Shown: piece after piece, positions 50,511 through 64,000 of the stretch
How positions within the stretch are numbered: position 1 is the first letter of the stretch
How the letters are laid out: each line of letters opens with the position of its first letter
Source: Selaginella moellendorffii
Lineage: Eukaryota; Plantae; Lycopodiophyta
NCBI RefSeq assembly: GCF_000143415.4
Contig: NW_003314293.1
Coordinates: forward strand, 461,724 to 525,723
Direction: 5' to 3'
DNA: 64,000 bases
Notes under the pieces: model-generated
What the model was told of the DNA's origin: nothing
The model's database searches: none
The model's input: the letters and a program-made list of their open reading frames with translations, nothing else
Position numbers and translations under genes: made by a program

Positions 50511-50808
50511 TTTGGCGGGAATCTAGAAGATTTTGTCTTTATTTTATTCTTAACTTTGATCTAAATTTATAAATAATTAATTTCTCTTGATCTAAGCATA
50601 CCTGACTTTAAAAGTGTGTCTTAATATTTTTGTAAAAACTAGGTATATTAAGGATATATGCTTAAATAATAAAATTTTATATAATATTGGAGCTGAAGAT
50701 AAGTTTAATATGAATTTATATTTTATTATAATTAATGCTTATGCTACTAAAAACTTATACAGTAGATTGAAATCATTTATAATTTAGTTCAAAGACTTTT
50801 AACTATTA

Positions 50809-51702
50809 TTATTGTAAACAACCAAGATGATTAGTTGTATTTGTTGTCCACCAAACTTTATTAGGTGATTTTGCTTCATAAACAACTAAATTACAATCAT
50901 TTTGTACAGTTAGAAATGTAATAATAAAACAATTTAAACAATACTTCTTTATAGACCATATTACTTGTTTTTTTTCAGTATATAAAACAATATTACCATC
51001 ATATTGAAGAATAAGTATACAAAGACCATAATATTTTCCATCATTATCAGATTCCCATAAAATATTTCTCTTTGAATATAAAGTAATAGTACAATCTGAT
51101 TGTAGATATAAAATATTCTTTTGATTTTGAGATGATATAAATTGTCCTGTATAAATAAGATTGTTTTTAAACCCAACATTCAAGGTAGTTAAAGTAATAT
51201 CACAATTATGACTTATAGGATTATTTGGTATATACTTACTGGATATACTTACTTCAGAATAATTAATATGATTAAAGATGACAAAATATTCAATACAAAA
51301 CCTTTGTATAGCAATTCTACATTTACTTGAACGAGCAGTAATAATATCATTTTGATAATTATTTAAAATAATCATAAGGCCATTTCTTAATGAATCACCT
51401 GTTACTTTTATTTCTGAATCTCTTCCTGATGAGCAATAAGGTGGATTTCCATCAAGTCGTTGAAAAATTACAAAAATAAAACCCCTATCAAACTTAATAC
51501 CATGCATATTTTCATAATTACTTGGATATTCAAGGTCTCTTCCCCATGAAATTTGATGTGCAAGAACATTAAATCCATGATTAACAATCATTCCAACTTC
51601 ATCATTGAATAAAGAACCATTTGTCCCCCATTCAACATATGGATTATATTTTGTATGACATAAATAAATAAAAGATAGAAGAATTAATATATTCTTAATC
51701 AT
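50809..51702 (-). CDS. Secreted protein with C-terminal bulb-type (GNA/B-type) lectin domain
   Basis: N-terminal hydrophobic signal; three QxDxNxVxY-like repeats (LQSDCTITLY, LQYDGNIVLY, VQNDCNLVVY) each followed by W; 297 codons open in very AT-rich DNA. Confidence 0.8.
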   Translation of the reverse strand: MIKNILILLSFIYLCHTKYNPYVEWGTNGSLFNDEVGMIVNHGFNVLAHQISWGRDLEYPSNYENMHGIKFDRGFIFVIFQRLDGNPPYCSSGRDSEIKVTGDSLRNGLMIILNNYQNDIITARSSKCRIAIQRFCIEYFVIFNHINYSEVSISSKYIPNNPISHNCDITLTTLNVGFKNNLIYTGQFISSQNQKNILYLQSDCTITLYSKRNILWESDNDGKYYGLCILILQYDGNIVLYTEKKQVIWSIKKYCLNCFIITFLTVQNDCNLVVYEAKSPNKVWWTTNTTNHLGCLQ

Positions 51703-52064
51703 ACTAATGAATAAAATTAATTATATTACATAACCATTTCTAATTTTAAATTTTTTAAAGATTAATTTTAAATATTTAACTACTTAAATTTTAGATTATA
51801 TCTAAGCTTAAAGATTCTTATCAATTTTCTTTTATTGTTGGCATTGATATTCTATTATAAATTTTGTCAGAACTTGTTTTACCTTCTATTATCATTTTAT
51901 TAGGGCGGAGGCACTTAAGGCACTTTTATTCAAAAACTCCAATTTTACCTTCCTGCTATATCAATTAGAAGGTTTAACTGAATGCAATTTTGCAAAGAAT
52001 GTCAGTTAATTGTGCAAGATTGGACTTGTAGTGCTTTATCCCACATGCAATCCCACATTCTAAC

Positions 52065-52690
52065 CACAATTACCACTATATATAACATATCATTAGTTAA
52101 ATGCCAATTCAAAAATTAAAAAAATTGCATCAATTGAGTATACTCAATTGATGCAATTAAAAATTTTGAACGTCTAAAATAATTCTACTGTGTTAATTTT
52201 ACAATTTAAATCTCACATTACACTAAATATTGATAATCAGGCTTGAATTACCACTATATAAAAAATATACTCATCAATTGAGTATACTCAATTAATGCAA
52301 TTATGAAATTTTGAACCAATGAAAATCACCAATGGCACAATTACCAATGAAATTTTGAACCAATGAAAATTACCAATTGTAATTTTGAACCATTTAATTA
52401 ACGATATGTCATATATAGTTGTAATTGTGTATATATGTACCAATGGCACAATTACCAATGAAATTTTGAACGTCTAAAATAATTCTACTGTGTTAATTTT
52501 ACAATTTAAATCTCACATTACACTAAATATTGATAATCAGGCTTGAATTACCACTATATAGAAAATATACTCATCAATTGAGTATACTCAATTGATGCAC
52601 TTAAGAATTTTGAATGTCTAAAATAATTCTACTGTGTTAATTTTACAATTTAAATCTCACATTACACTAAATATTGATAATCAGGCTTGA
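52065..52690. repeat. AT-rich tandem array with a recurring CAATTGAGTATACTCAATTG palindrome
   Basis: Three copies of an ~85-bp block (~52165, 52465, 52605) and three palindrome copies. Confidence 0.85.
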
Positions 52691-55128
52691 TTTTATTTTA
52701 CTCACTCTTTGCATATCATTATAACACAGTGTAATAATACTTAAACATCTTTAAGTTGTAGGTGGATTTTATTTTATATTCTACTTAGTTTACTATTCTT
52801 ATGATGTAATTAGTGAATTTTGAATTTCCAAAAACAATTGTTCACTTCAATATATAATATAGTATTTGAGTCAACGTGTTTGCTAGGTTGCTAGAATATA
52901 TAGAGTGATTAACTAACTTTAACTACTTGAAACTTTATGCTCAAATTAAGAGCCTAAAGAATGTATCATTGTCAAAGGGGTAAAAAGTAGGAACTAAATG
53001 GGTAGTTGTTTTACTAAAGTTTCAAAGTGATCTATTTGTTCTACCACCCCAAATTTAAATACAAGGTGTTGGTGACTATGGCTAAAAAAAGCCATGTACG
53101 AAATTTTGCTGCACTTATTGGACATCCTATATTTGAAACAATCAATAGTTGTTGAACTTGGATTTTAAACTTTTTTTTTAATATGGAAATATTATTTTAT
53201 ACAAAGATATCCATATGGTATATAGTATGTTGCCTCAGAGTCTCAAGCCACGTCATGTATTGTCCTATCGTCATTTGTGCATGTGTCTCCACAGCTCTAG
53301 CAGTGGTTTTCTGGAATATTTACACTAAGCATTGCTATATCGTTTATAATAATTTATTTTTAAAAATTCATAATTAATTTGTGAGATATTTTTCTGAGTT
53401 GTTTTAATAAGAGTATGCCAAAATAATTATTCAATTGTTTTATTGATCATTTTGAATATATTTTAATGCAAGAACTAGAAGTTTAAGATCTTTAAATCTA
53501 TGAATGTTAAAATATGAGTTTTATTTATACTGTTATTAGATGTGGGTTTTTCTTAAACCAACAATAGTTGCATTTTGCATGGTTGTATGAAAAGATTTAG
53601 AGGTGAAGAAAATAATTTCTAAAATAGGTTTCAATACAAATTTCATAACCAACTGGTTTATATAATAGAACTGTTTTGGCTATTAACCATTACATCAATG
53701 GCATTTTTGTCCCAAAACCAAACTTTGGAATGTGGCATATACTGACATATTGTGTAAAAGTTGGAGGAGTCCTCATGATGAGTTGTCAGTGAATTGACAA
53801 AATGCATGAAGTACTTTGTTAGGTAGTTCTCTATATTACAACTGTTTGAATAACAAGAAGTAACAATACCACCAATGGTATATTTGGAGTTTCTCTTTGA
53901 CAACTGTAAAAGACCACTATTATTAACCATTAAAGCACAAACCAGTACTACTTTTGGTTTAAGTTTTCAAATTAGTTTATTAAGTGATGAATTTTAAAAT
54001 TTATATTAGTTTTTGTTACTTTTCTCCTTTATAAATATTATTTTATTTATATAATTTATATTTATTTTTTACTATTTTCTAATTTCTTATAATAGATTCT
54101 AAGATTTCAAAATGATAAGACCTTAAAGTATGTTCTTTATTAAAAATCACTTTTACACTTCAGTAGCATAAGTCTATATATTTGATAATAAAACTTTTCT
54201 ATATGGTAAAAAATATTCTATGAATATTAATAAATGAAAGTTGAATAAATAAGTTGAATAAGTTGAATAAACATAAATTATCTTATATTATCTATGTAAA
54301 AAGTTATTACATAAATTTAAATCTGAATAAGATAATATATTTATTTTATAAAGTATCAATAAAAAGTTTTTACTTTAAAATATAATTAAAAATAAATATT
54401 ATTTTTTAAAATTATGTTTTAATATAAATACTATTTAAAAAACTAGATATTTTAAAATTTAATATTAGTATTTAATTTTTGAAAATTAATATATTATAAA
54501 TATTTAATTTAATAATTACTAAGACTTTTTATAATTAAATATATAGATAAACGAGTATTAAAATTTGATATAAAAATTAATCTTGATCAACATAAGTACT
54601 ACTTCATTGATATGTATTATAGTGAGAGTAGGCGGCAAGATTTCATGTCATTCCCAACTTACAAAGAGTTTAGGGGAGTTGTTTAATTTGGCTTATTAAC
54701 TTGACAATGATAAGTACAAGTTTTGCAAGCATTTGAGGAGTACTTTAGTTGAGAATTATTATAATAATCATCATGGATATAAGGACAAGAAAAATGTCAC
54801 AAGTTGAAGTTTGTGGTGGCTACATCAGATGCAAAAGAGTAAAAAATGCAGATGTTTTTTGTGAAAAATTATAGATAAAATTATCATCATTATAGTAAAC
54901 TTAAATACTACAAGTTTAATTGTCCACAACTAAATAATAAATAATAAAACAAGAAGAATGAATAATATTTTAATGATAATAAGTTTGATATTAAGAAGTT
55001 GCAAAATTTGTAACATGAAGATGATAAAGAAGACTATTCCAATTAGAAGAAAAAGCTTTTAATTATTACTCATCAATTCAACTGTATGTGGAATAAAACA
55101 AAGGTCTAGGACACTTTTGCAGTATTAA

Positions 55129-56657
55129 TGTTAGAAAGCATATTCTTATAAGTGGTTAAACTTTTCTATTCTACTTTAGTTATTTAACCACACCTTTAAC
55201 CATTTTGAGGAGTCTTACTCACAACCTCTATAAGTCATATTCTTAACTTGGGGATATGCTAGTCTTATGAATGATATATGTACTACTTAGCTTTTGCACT
55301 TGGTCTAAATGCTCCACGTGCCTGATCCTACGACAGACACTTAAAAGTACCACTAACATATCAACTTATTACATTAAACATATATTCATTCAACTTTGTC
55401 TTATGAGTAGTCCAATACCACCTATACCATAGTATTGTCTCCCAAAGATTAGGCCATCCATCTATAAGTGATCATCCTATGACCACACCTTAGCATCTTT
55501 AGGATGTTCGAAGACATCAGAAACACTTTTCCCCAATATCCTTTCTTTGGTCCTCACTAAATTTCTTTTTCGTCCACAGCATGTTTGCTAACACCACCAC
55601 TAGGTCAAGGCCCAAAAACTCGACCACTAAGTCTCATTGACCTCTAGGACTTTTCCTTGCCATATGACCAGATCCTTGGTTATTACACAATAGGATTAGT
55701 TCTCTTCTTTTCCATAGTTTGGGACTTTATGATGATATTTTGAAACACTGCAACCTAACACAAGCTTTGTGGGTACTCTCCCCACCTTCTGCCTCTAGGT
55801 GCTTTAGCCATATAGCTAGAGTAAGGTTTTGATGAGCCATGTTAGATATCCAAGTAGGTAGTGCCACTTACACTTGGATTGGGAGCATTGACCATTTGAT
55901 CTTCTAGGGGAGCTAGAGTTAACTCTTGAACACTTCACCAAATTACCCCATTTGTCCATCTATATTCACTCTAACTATGAATTCCTTAATAGTTATATCA
56001 TTACCCACCACATAAGTATAACCTTCCCTAGTCACTCTAGCCTTTCTTGGCCAAATTAATTCCTCCCCTTACTATCCTTTAGGAGCTCATCAAACCCCTT
56101 AGAGTGGGAGGTGATCTCTTTGGGCTTTCACTTTCAAATTTAAACTTGGACTTAAACTTAGACTCTGACTCGAACTCGGACTTAAACTTAGACTCTAACT
56201 CGAACTCGAACTCGGACTTGGACTCGGTTTCTGCCTAGGACTCAATTTTGCTCTTGGTCTTGGACTTGGTCCCGACCTCAGTATTGGTATTGGTATCAGT
56301 CTTGGTCCCCATCTCGGACTCCATCTTGGATTCAGACTCCTTCTTAGACTCCATCTTAAACTCCATCTCATCTTAGATTCCTTCTTAAACTCTTTCTAGG
56401 GCTTCATCTCGGACTCAGTTCTAACACATGACACTTGCTATGTATTGGTCCTTCTTGTGTCCCTTTCTAGAGACTCGTTCACCAATCACGTCATCATCCT
56501 TCCTCAAACACTTCTTTCAAAGTTCCACTCCCGATTCTCAACTTTCCAAGTTGGAGCTTTTGGTATAAATGTATTTCACTCGTTGGACTTCTGCTTTAAC
56601 CATTGCCATATGGCACCCTTTCGGCTCCACTTTAGGGCTTAGGGATTATGTCTCATA
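55129..56657. mobile_element. Family-A solo LTR
   Basis: Homologous (reverse complement) to 5785-6444/25375-27190 and 59059-59700; GACTCG hexamer array at 56140-56420. Confidence 0.7.
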
Positions 56658-56659
56658 GT

Positions 56660-58870
56660 TTTGTGGTGGTCCAATATGGATTTAATGGATAGTGGGAGTG
56701 ATAATAACTTTATTAAAGTAAAGTTTATTGTGGAGCACAACTTGGTGACACAAGGAGATTTTCTACAATGAAAAGTACAACTACCTCTACCCAATATTTT
56801 GATACTTGGTAAACGAGCTGAAAGTATTAGTTACCAAACCACACTCATGAAAAAGTTATCACAGGATCCTATTCCTAAGATGTCATGGTTAGTATATGTG
56901 AATTGGAGATGAAATGGACTATGAGACATGTTTTACTACAATTCAATAGCATAAAGGATATGTGCTTTAGAGAGGAAATTTAATTTCGAGTTCTTATGCT
57001 CTTTACATCATCTTTGAAAGGGGCTTATTGTATTAGAAATACACTTCTAAGTTACTTGTTGTTTATTTGTAATTTGGTGGGCTAAGGCATGTATAAGGGA
57101 GAGGTAGCAATGCTAGATATACTTGAAGAGTTTTTTGATATTTTTCCATCCAACTTCTTTATATATTACTTCTATTATGAGGTGTAGAGCATGAGAGTAT
57201 GCTAGAGCCAAGGATGAAACTAGTTACTATTGTCTATTTTGGTTAAGTTATGCAAAGGAGTAAAAACTTCAATGATAAATCAAGGAATTACTTAAATTTA
57301 GATTTACTCAACCAATTCCTTGTTTGGTGCACCAATCTTGCTCTTGAAGAAAGACAGTTCAATATAGATATGTATTGACTACTGCACATTGATAAAAAAA
57401 AAAAAAAGTGAAGGATAAGATACCAATATCATATATGGATGATATCTTAGACAAGTTTAGTGAAGCCCAAGTGTTTACCAAGATTAATTTGAGGAGTGGA
57501 TATCATCATATTGCAATAAATAATATATATATCTCCAATATGCCTTTTAACATGAGTTTTAAGTATTTTGAGTTCATAGTTATCCCATTTGGTTTGATAA
57601 ATGCATTAACATATTTACTCAATTGATGACAGAGGTGTTTAAGCATAATTTACATGAGTTTATGGATATTTTCTCTGATTTTATTCTTGTTTTTAGCAAG
57701 AATATACAGCATAAGGTGCATTTATAGAAGGTTCTCTTATTCCTATATGACAATAAACTTTATGCGAAGAAAAATGTGAATTTGCAAAACTAGTGTAGCA
57801 CATGTAGTTTTCACTCTTTATTCTATAATCATTTACCATAGGATAACCACGAAATGGAACATAAATCCTTTATATACCATGTGTCCCAAGGATAGTGATA
57901 TGGAATTTGAGCTTCAAGACCTTGGGCCACTGAATGAAGAAATAAAGTTAAACTCCTAAGCATGGAGCCAAAAAGTGAAGGAACCAAAGCACGGAGTGAT
58001 TCCCATGTGTTTAGCCTAAGGAGCAAAAGGACAAAAGTACGGAGCGACTTGAAATAATCCTAAAGCATTTAGTATCCTAATACTAAGACTAGCATGCAAA
58101 TTAGATCCAAACAAAGTTTGACACTATTTCAGCATATAACGCGAAGATATGAGTACTTCACCAACTCATATAGTATGAAACTTAGGCTTAGACCCAAGTC
58201 GAACACAAAACAAGGATAAGCACGTAAGCAAGAGTTAGACTATGCCTGAAGTTGGTCAGCCATGCCCAACTTACCCACTATCTCTACTATACATTTGAAA
58301 CCCCTAATAACCCCTCACCCCCCTTTTTGAGGAACACATGTTTTGGGCTTTCACCCTTAGCTATCCTCAGTATCAGGAGTTAGTCTCTGGGATTAACTCA
58401 AAATTTACTAAATATAGAATGACATTAGATTGCTAATTTGAGCATAGGATGAACACCATTGTGTTCAGGATAATCTCTATATTCCATAGATATGCCATAT
58501 TAGCAAATCTAGACACTTTCCATAAATAGCAGTTAAGAATTCTGTCCTTATGCTCATTTAGTCAAGTGCACAAGCGAAAACCAATTTCTCAACTAGCTTA
58601 TATGGAGACTGAAAAAGAGACTAGCAATACCAACTTTTTGCTGTCATGGCAGTAAAGAAAGAATATTCAAAAAGACTAGTCGACAAATAACTTTCAATAC
58701 TTAAAATCACATTTGCAACAGCTGGAGATAGAGTATTTAGGCCATATTGTGACATCTAAAGGTGTCAATACAGATGCAAGGATGGTAGGAGAATTGGTCT
58801 ATACCAATTTAAGTGGCTAAGTTATTTAGTGTCCTTGGTATAGTTAATTATTGCTAACATTTCTAGTATA
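56660..58870 (+). pseudogene. Degenerate Gypsy PR-RT remnant interrupted by a solo LTR
   Basis: MDSGS, FTKINLRSGYH, IPFGLINA, EFAK/LEIEYLGHIV. Confidence 0.75.
57794..58720. mobile_element. Solo LTR (family B-related)
   Basis: TGTAG...CAACA, degenerate TSD actag/gctgg, interrupts the RT frame. Confidence 0.75.
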
Positions 58871-58889
58871 AATTTGCAGAAATAGCTAT

Positions 58890-59995
58890 ATGTAGTGCAC
58901 ATGGTTTTCACCCTTTATCTTGTGGTGATTTACCATAGGATAACCATTAAAACCCTCCATATGCCATGTGCCACATACCACGTGTCCAAGGATAATGGAA
59001 TAGAACCCGAGTTTCAAGGCCTTAGGCCATTGAACAAAAGGAATGGAGCTAAACTCCTTGTGAGACATAAAATTCTTAGGCCCTAAAGAAGAGCTAAAAG
59101 GGTGCCACGTGGTAGTGGTTGAGATGGAAGCCAAATGAGTGTAATATATATGGACTAAAAGCTTAGACTCGAAAAGTCGAGAGTAAGAGTGAAACTCCCA
59201 ATTAAGTGTTTAAGGAATGAGCATGAAGCGAGCAATAAGTGAGTCTCTAAAAAAGAGACACAAAAGGACTAACACATGACACGTGGAAGGATCCGAGATG
59301 GACTCGAGATGGAGTCTGAGATGAACCCGAGATGAAGTCCAAGATGGAGTCTAAGATAGATCCAAAATGGAGTTCGAGATGGACCCGAGATGGAGTCTAA
59401 GATGGATTTGAGATGGAGTAAGAGATGGACCTGAGATGGAGTCCGATATACACCTAAGATGGAGTCCAAGATGAACTCGAGATGGAGTCCGATATGCACC
59501 TGAGATGGAGTCCAAGATGAACCTGAGATGGACTTGAGATGGAGTCCGAGATGGAACCAAGATTGAGATTGAGACCGAGACCGAAACCGAGTCTGAGTCC
59601 GAAATCGAGACCGAGACCGAGTCTAAGTTCCAAGTCCAAGTCTGAATACTAATACAGGCTATTGGGTGAAAACCCAAAGTGATCGTCCCCCCCATTAAGT
59701 TGGAAAATTTAGTTGCTTACAGATGCTAGATGCTTTAAGACTATTCAAATGTTACTCTATGCTTCTATCCCTTTACTTCTTGGGTTGTACACTTATGAAT
59801 CATTCTGTATTTCAATCTTTTCACTCCTTAACTTCATGCTTAAAAGTTTCCCATTATTTAGTGGCCTAAGGCCTTAAAACTTGGGTTTTGCTTTATTGTC
59901 CTTAGCTCATGTGTGTAAAAGTTTAAATTGCACTCTATAGTTATCTTATGGTAAATCATTATAGGGTAAAGGGTGAAAACCACAAACACTACACA
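58890..59995. mobile_element. Cluster of LTR fragments (family B piece, family A 59059-59700, inverted family B piece)
   Basis: Local homology to 57794-57990 and 5785-6430. Confidence 0.65.
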
Positions 59996-62900
59996 TTCTC
60001 AATTTAGTGTTAAGTTTAGTGTTTTCTATCTTCCTTATTTTAATCTAGATGTTGAATATGGTTGTGAAGTTGAGAATTTTGCTTTTGTTTCGTTGATAAA
60101 GTCTTTAATAAGTTTTGGTGTTAAGTATTTCCCTACTTTAGCTAGAATTTTGGGTTGAGTATATATCCTTAGTTATGAATGCTATAAAAGCATTTGCTTT
60201 ACCATTGCTATTGAAAAATTTATATGTTCTTTTGAGAGTAGATATTTTTATTGATTTTCCCATCTCAAGTGTTAAATTCTATTTTAAAAAGTTTAAAAAC
60301 TGTGAATATTTTATTTATCTTGTGGTAGCTAAAGTATTTTATAATAAAAAGTCCCTTATTCTCTAAGCTTTGAGTACATTTCTTCTTTATTTCCCTATTT
60401 CTACCTTGATAGTTGATGAAAATTCTTTTTTAATGTTTCTTTATCCATTTTTTTTCTACAATATTTTTTTTCTCAAATTTTTTTACTCTCTCCTTTTTGC
60501 TTAATGTTTCAAATTATTTTTTCTTCAGAAGAGGGGGTAGAGGGGATAGAAGAGAGTCCAGCCCTAACAATGGAGTGAAGTCAAGTAGATATAATAGTGA
60601 AAAGAGGACAAATAATATAGATTGTGGAGTGAAAACTAGCATAACAAGTCCAAATAGAACATCCAACTCTGCCATAGTATAGCTGAACAAATATGATATG
60701 GAGTGAAGCCAAACATAGATGATAAAGTGAGGGCAAGTGTAGCAAGTTTAAGAGCTAATGCTTCAAAAATAACTTTTTTGAGGGGATAAAGAGAATGTAG
60801 AAGATGAATGGAGTGAGTTTAAACTCCCACATGCAATGTTAAATGAGGATAAAGGTCATGAGTCTAAGTTAATACAGATGTTGAATATTGACTAAAGGGA
60901 AAATGCAACGGTAAATTTTACTAATAGTCATAAGTTTGAGTTAAAAGTGGTTTCAGAAGATGGCTAATAGGCAGAATTAAAGGTAATATATATTATTTGT
61001 TGCAATAGTGTTTTGTGAATTATAATAGGTTTCAAAGTCCCTTTGCTTTAGTACAAAGTTATGACTTCAAGGTTAGTTTGAGTATTTAGTACCTATACAT
61101 AGAGTTGCAACTAGTTCATTAGGATTTCGTAATTAATTAATATTGGTGCTACACTACATTAGTGATTCTATAAAAGCTTTAGATTCTTATGGTAATCTAT
61201 AATCACCGATAGAAGCTCAAGCTATTCCACCTGACTTGTCATTATCACTTTCTCATTTTCTAAAGGGTAGGATGGTGTAAGATTTATAAATACATGTATG
61301 TATATCTATATATTACCCTACCTAGGCAATACATTAATTATAATACTATAAAATTCATTCTACATCCAAAATTTGGATGGCATATAGATTCTTATATATT
61401 TCTAGATTTAGTTCTTTTGAAAAATCTCTCTCTATGTTCTCTATTAGAATGAATTCCTTTAATTAAGTAAATCTTATTATGCTAATTTTTTCTTTTTCTA
61501 AAATTAGTAAAGTGATCAAAGTTTTAAGTAAGACCTCCAAATAGTCTCACTTAATAAAGTAAGCACCACAAAGGGGCATAGTTTCTCAACTAGCTTGAGT
61601 GGAGATTAATAAAGAGAACCAGCAATACCAATTTTCCACCATCATAATAGTATAATAATAATATCCAAAATGACTCATTAATAGGTAACTTTACCTACAG
61701 TCAAATTAGTGAAATGCTCCCCCCTTTATCCTCATCAATGAATATTTTAATCTAAACCACTACCAAAGAAACAAAAATATGCTAATCTTTACACACCATT
61801 TTACTGTCAACAAGGAGAAAATGATTAATGGATTCAGCCACCCTTATTACTCTAGGTATCATCAAAGATGATATATCACGAAGGATCAAATGTGTTGATA
61901 GTATTTCTCTAGAAAAAAAATGGTTCAATAATGTTGAATAAATATACTCTTTAGAAAATATAGAGAGATGGCAAACATGTAATAAATATAGAAAACAAAT
62001 CCTCCTATTAACAGTTAGAATATTTATTAATTCTATATTATATTTTATATTTCATATTGCTTTAATATCTTATCTTTAAATAGTAAAAATAGAACATTTA
62101 GACCTTGTCTCTATAAACCAACCTATTCACCATTACTAAGGTACACATGGTACAACTTATGCTAACCAAGCCATATGCTTGGTTAAACTCAATCCAAATA
62201 CAAAATAAGAAGCAACAATGTCTAATATAGAGTTAGGTGGATGTCTTAGATGGTCGGCCATAATTCCAACTTATCTCTGCTATTCATTTAAAACCCCTAT
62301 ACCAAATGCACATTCTATTGATCAACTTGAGTACAGATTAACAAAGGGATCCAATAATATTGACCTCTTGTTCTTATAGCAATAAAAGGAGAATGTTGGC
62401 CAATATATAATTTTGATGCCCAAAATCATATTCACAACAATTGTGAAGCTTGTATATAGCATATTGAGGAATTTAAGAGATTTTTCTGTCAGAATATATA
62501 CTGTTATAAAGACTTAGGGGAGGTTATCCATGGCTGGAGTCTATCATTTGTATATATACTTGCATAAGGATGTTAAGCAGGCTTATCCTCTTCTATGATC
62601 TCATCATAATAGAATTCTCTAGTTTGTCTTAAGTTCTTGACATTTTTAAATCAAAATAAATGACAACCATTATAATGTATAAAATAAAGAATATGCTTAA
62701 ACCCTCACTCATTTGCCTAAAGGTAAACCAAAACCTGATCAAGAGTTACTTTTTAGCATTTTATTTTAAAATTAAAGAATCCAAAATATGTGTTGGCCTT
62801 ACATTAAAACCCATAGATCATTGGCTCATAGTTCACATCTCTAATTATTCTTGTTGGTGCCTCTTTCCCAAATAACTGTTTTAGGACTGTTCTTTCTTTC

Positions 62901-63069
62901 ACTCTAAGTTGAATTTAAGTTTTAATTTTTACTATTATTTAAAATTTAATTCTTATTCATGCTAAATCTAAATTAGGTCTTCAAAAGCTAATTTATAAAT
63001 ATTTTACTATACTATTTATTTATGGAACTTTTGAATGTCTTCTGCATTGTTTTGATCTTGGTATAGACA

Positions 63070-63402
63070 TGTAAACTCTTGAGTTTAGACTTTTTGAAAG
63101 GTCATCCAACCTAGTACTATTCATGGATCTACCAAATGTCAATTAATATGTAGTGTGATTCCCTTAGTGAATGAATAAATTTAGACCCGAGAACCTCTTT
63201 AATACCAAATGTAAGTTTTTGAGTTTGGACATCTTGAGAGGTCACTTACTCTAATGCTATTTAAACCCAAGGACGTTTAACCCTAAATATCCCAAAACCT
63301 TTAATCAATTAAAAAAGAATGTATACTCTTGTCATAAGCCCTTTTCATTTATATTTGAACCTTATAAATCGTTTCTCAAGTTGTTCTTTTTTATTGCTTA
63401 CA
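63070..63402 (-). mobile_element. Internally deleted copy of the 5S-containing TRIM
   Basis: LTR 63210-63402, PBS adjacent, partial LTR from 63070, TSD agaca/agacc. Confidence 0.75.
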
Positions 63403-64000
63403 AGACCTTTACATAATGTATTACTATTATAACTTTTTATAAAACATGACTCTAATATCACTTGGTACATCTTCTTATGTATAATTTAAGAAATAAAATT
63501 AATTTGTATGGTAATTTTGTTTCTTATCATTTAAAACATCTACAATAATAAAATAATACTAAGATTCTACTATGTTGAAAAGAATAATATTTGGAACAAC
63601 TAAAGCTCAATATTCATAAAAATAGTACTTTATTGGCTAATAAGTTTCAATTATACTCATTCCTAAACCATATATAAGTTATAGATATTAATTATGGGCT
63701 ATATAAAAATTATAAATTAAATATATTTTATATTTTCTTAATTTAACTATGATTTTTTAATTATTTATATACAAAGTTATAAATAATAATAATATTTAAA
63801 ATGGTAAAAGGAACCAAAATAATACTTAACTTGTTTTATTTTTACCTAGCTTATGGAGCTGAGGTACTTTGGGGAAAAAATAATTCAATATCACATGAGG
63901 ATATAGGAAGTATTATTAACTATGGCTTAAATAATTTATTAGCACAAATTCAAACAATAAATACAACATATCCATCAAATTATGAAGACTTATTTGTGTT

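Noticed and set aside
53658-53930. 90-aa ORF, and a coding-like patch at ~62100-62600
   Set aside because: No recognisable motifs or reliable gene structure; possibly pseudogene fragments but unsupported

Overview
Plant (probably bryophyte-like) heterochromatic window made almost entirely of nested transposable elements. The main feature is a ~13.3-kb Sola-like DDD DNA transposon present twice in inverted orientation. The complete copy is at 28760-42039, with ~24-bp TIRs and a TACT target-site duplication (TSD). The second copy starts at 6445 and runs into the assembly gap at 18187. Besides a ~1030-aa transposase, the element carries one divergently transcribed 11-exon cargo gene of about 1640 codons. 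Splicing joins a ParB/Srx-like domain, a putative degenerate DNA-methyltransferase-like fold, an acidic linker and a C-terminal FCP1/NIF-type HAD phosphatase into one protein. More than 20 copies of a 22-bp palindrome (ATGGCRTGWGGCCWCAYGCCAT) are spread through the element, largely in introns and UTRs. The window also holds a chromovirus Ty3/Gypsy element whose integrase is split by a clean 47-nt GT-AG intron, 5S-rRNA-carrying (Cassandra-like) TRIMs, several solo LTRs and decayed Gypsy/Copia remnants. Non-TE ORFs are two tandem intronless Cys/His-rich orphans and an intronless secreted bulb-type lectin gene. Domain calls are by eye from motifs; no searches were run.
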